From Balanoglossus misakiensis (lineage: Eukaryota; Animalia; Hemichordata): a DNA stretch of 64,000 bases. Positions 61,051 to 64,000 of the stretch are shown here, one piece after another. The notes below the pieces were generated by a model. It was given only the letters and a program-made list of their open reading frames with translations. It did not search any database and was not told the origin of the DNA. How positions within the stretch are numbered: position 1 is the stretch's first letter; every line of letters starts with the position of its first letter. Location of the stretch: assembly GCA_040954595.2 (NCBI GenBank), contig CM082597.2, positions 6,223,749-6,287,748 of the forward strand, given 5' to 3'. Both the position numbers and the translations under genes were made by a program.

Positions 61051-61859
61051 CCCTTTCACCTACATGGTTTGGTCCAAATCCATTGTTTTCTATGGTAAAG
61101 TTGGACCTCTATAGTGGAAAATGGGGGGGGGGGGGGGGGGTGAAAGGGTTCAGGAACTTGACCATGCAGTGCCTGATTTTGATACAGGTAACAGTCCAAG
61201 AAATAGTCAGTATAACCTGAAATTAACCCCTTTCACCACCATGTTCAGTCCAAACCTATTGTTTTCTGTGGTATGGTTGGACTGCTATAGAAGGAACTGG
61301 GGGTGAGAAGGGTTACAGAGCAATGCCAAAATTTGATTTCAAAATTCAAGTCATCATTTTTGTTTTTGAGTCCATATTTCTGTAGGTCACATTTTGCTTT
61401 GTTCTAAAGGGCAATTCTGAATTGGCTGCTTGATAACCACAATGCCTGTTTTGTCTTTGAAAATCCAGTTGTCCTTTTTCCAGTCAGTACATGTCTCACA
61501 ATCTGTCATCTTTTACACAATAACTGATATTAATACATTTGTATTGAAAGTATTCAATTTGACCCCTGACTGGAACAGGGTTGTACTGGATTTTTTCTCA
61601 ATGTATATTGTTCCCACAAAAGACACCACACTGTGACTTACATAAGTGCAGTCATTTACATTCTGTTTTTAAGAAAACAAGAAATATGTAAGAGAAAATA
61701 ATATATTATAGTGAATGTGTGAATCAGCAATAACACTTATTGTAAGATGCGCAGTGTTTTGATACTTTTTTTAACCCTTTCACCACCATAGTTTGGTCCA
61801 TATCTATTGTTTTCTATGGTGAGGTTGGACCTCTAAAGAGGGTAAGGGGGGTGATAGGG
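61051..61859. mobile_element. Cluster of three piggyBac-like MITEs (61051-61148, 61227-61312, 61775-61859) downstream of the BTG stop
   Basis: CCCTTTCACC...AGGG termini. TTAA is intact on both sides of the 61775 copy. Confidence 0.8.
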
Positions 61860-62320
61860 TTAAATAGAGACATGACCGTGGAATTTTTGGTATAAAGCGT
61901 TTTGTGAGTTCCTGAAAGTATTACCATTCAACATTTGCCAAGTTTTTGAATCTTGAACCAACCTTCAACATATTGTGTATGGATATCAGATTTTAATGTT
62001 ATCTCTGAAATATGTCACCCTCTCACTCCTTATTTTTTAGTAAATAGATGCTACCGCGCCATTGTAAACAAAGGGGTGAACCCATTAAGGGAGAAACTGT
62101 AGGGGGGAAGGGTGTTATTTTGAAAACATTGTTACTGCCAAACTGCTACAATCACGGTAATGTATCATTTGTCTTGTTAGCCTATCAGTACAGTACATAA
62201 CATTTCATCATTGTTTCACCTTTGCCAAAATGTTTATACAACGGACACTCAGCTATGAGAAGCATTTTGTACATGAGATGTGTATAGTTTTTTGGTAAAG
62301 GTCATTGTTAAAGGCCATTT

Positions 62321-62364
62321 TGTATATATGTGTACTATAAGAGAATTTCTTTTTATTGAATAAA
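62321..62364 (+). terminator. Candidate BTG 3' end: Pumilio element TGTATATA (62321), CPE TTTTTAT (62350), AATAAA (62359)
   Basis: The three motifs lie within 45 nt. Assignment to BTG is inference; there are alternative AATAAA at 60047 and 62434. Confidence 0.45.
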
Positions 62365-62750
62365 AGTTAAAACTTGGGACTACATTTTGCCGTCAAGTTT
62401 TCTAAAGTTTCTTGTACTATGTCTTTGAAAGGTAATAAAAATAACTGAAAAATATCAAGTTGTGATGTGGATTAATTTGAATTGGAAGCATTTTTTGGAG
62501 TGACTGATAGAATCACACACGCCTGAGGAACAGGGCTTAGATTTGCCATAAGTTGGCGAGTATGAGACAAATGTGTGGAATGCCTAAATATTAGACAATG
62601 CATTTTCAAACATGATTTCTAGTAAACTCAATATTGAGGTCTATTATCCAGAAGCAATGTCATAGCCAATCAACTTTTGGGAACATGTGGTCCCCTTCTT
62701 CAGATGCACTCGTGGAGTGCATCTGAAGCTCATGCTGAAATTTACTTGTT

Positions 62751-62843
62751 GATCAAAGAGTGCTACAGAACTTTATTTGCAGATCAAAGAGTGCTACAGA
62801 ACTTTGTTTGCAGATCAAAGAGTGCTACAGAACTTTATTTGCA
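62751..62843 (+). repeat. 31-bp tandem repeat x3 (gatcaaagagtgctacagaacttt(a/g)tttgca)
   Basis: Units at 62751, 62782 and 62813. Confidence 0.9.
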
Positions 62844-63562
62844 TATACCGAAGATCAACACGGCAATACTCCAATTGATAGCCAATCAAATAATCCATGG
62901 TTCAATTAATCTGTTTTTGTAAATGGCTGTTTGCTCAATGAGGCAGGGATCCCATATACAGCGCCCTCTTTGACACACGAGGATCATTCGTTGCCGCTTG
63001 TTTTTACAAGATATTGGATAAATTTCGACCAATGTGTAGAAGCTTTCAAAAGTTCAAATTTTCTATATATGTTTATCCCCAAATCTGTCTAATTGGGGAA
63101 ATTATATTTTGACCGAAAATGATGCAAATTACCTTCCCCTCTCCCCCTACTTCAACCAAAAATAGAACAGTTTGTGACAAATTACAGTAGCACAAAGGGA
63201 AAATTCTGCATAGTTAGTTCATTTATAGCTAATATATCCACACATAGTTGTTCAAGGCACTTCACAAATGGACCAAATTTCTACTTAAATTCAATATTCT
63301 TGACAATGAAAAGTAAGGCTTTTTTGGTACCTATTTTCTGGCTCATTTACATATTTTGACGGTGGCAGTTTCATTCAGATTAATTCTTGTGAATAGTCCA
63401 ATAGGTATGCATATACACGCGTTAAATAATAACTTTTGAATAGGGTTAATAACTTTATTAAAGTTTAATAAGTTAGGCGAGTGACAACCGCTGCGTGACC
63501 TGACGTGGTGTTGCCCTTATGTAAATCTCGCGCGATCTAACGAGATTTCAGTACCAGACAAA

Positions 63563-63596
63563 ATGGCTGCTTCTGTACTGCTGCGTTCATCTCGAG
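63563..63596 (+). CDS. Probable first coding exon of a downstream gene, MAASVLLRSSR..., resembling a mitochondrial targeting peptide
   Basis: aaaATGgct context and donor G|gtgagg at 63597. The upstream region is CpG-rich with TGACGT and TCTCGCG motifs. Confidence 0.55.
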
Positions 63597-64000
63597 GTGA
63601 GGTATTTCGGCAAATATTTATTGTAATCGACAAAGTGGGCATTATGTGCACTACCTGTGTGCCATGTCACTCATATTTCATCAAATTGGTATAGTTCTAT
63701 TTCGATTTCCGCGACCAGTTTCGCACAAAATAACAAATCGTCGTCACGACCTTGTGTGACCTTTGGATTACGTGACAGCGCTGTCCCTGCCAGGGACGTA
63801 TCGTTTACTTTCTTTTTTCTCGCGGGGTTTTATCGGTCACTTTTGAAATATCCATATAGTAAACAAGAGATTGCTGTAGCAGTGTTATGTCTCTTTCTTT
63901 CCAAATGTTCAAATAGTTATTTTTGAGGAAATGTTTTATTTGCGCAGCCTTTATGTTGGGACCAAGGGCCATGACCCAGGCTTTCATCAAACCAACCAAC

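Overview
This window is AT-rich, intron-containing eukaryotic genomic DNA. It is probably from a marine invertebrate, plausibly a deuterostome such as a hemichordate or echinoderm; that is inferred from gene and repeat style only. I saw no rRNA, tRNA or CRISPR. Gene models built by eye from GT-AG splice sites: (1) the 5' part of an unidentified minus-strand gene (exons 4235-4024, 568-503, 132-103); (2) a FADD-like DED + death-domain gene (12169-14002); (3) a secreted EPN-type C-type lectin with duplicated 30-nt microexons (36804-41108); (4) a ~543-aa protein with about 8 leucine-rich repeats fused directly to a complete caspase-8-like (SHG/QACQG) protease and no DED/CARD (44390-46633), followed by a tandem array that re-copies the caspase's last codons with mostly silent changes; (5) a minus-strand ~383-aa protein with a Cys-rich N-terminus and a SCHIP-1/FEZ-like C-terminal coiled coil (54361-52288), head-to-head with (6) a BTG3/BTG4-type gene (57171-58926); (7) the first exon of a further gene at 63563. 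The rest is transposon relics (nested TAG...CTA elements with 9-10 bp TSDs, TTAA- and TA-flanked MITEs, LINE 3' ends), a 3.7-kb satellite and microsatellites. The strongest candidate for an undescribed system is the LRR-caspase, a possible single-chain sensor-executioner, in a co-oriented neighbourhood with a lectin and a DED-DD adaptor. All family assignments are by motif recognition without database searches.
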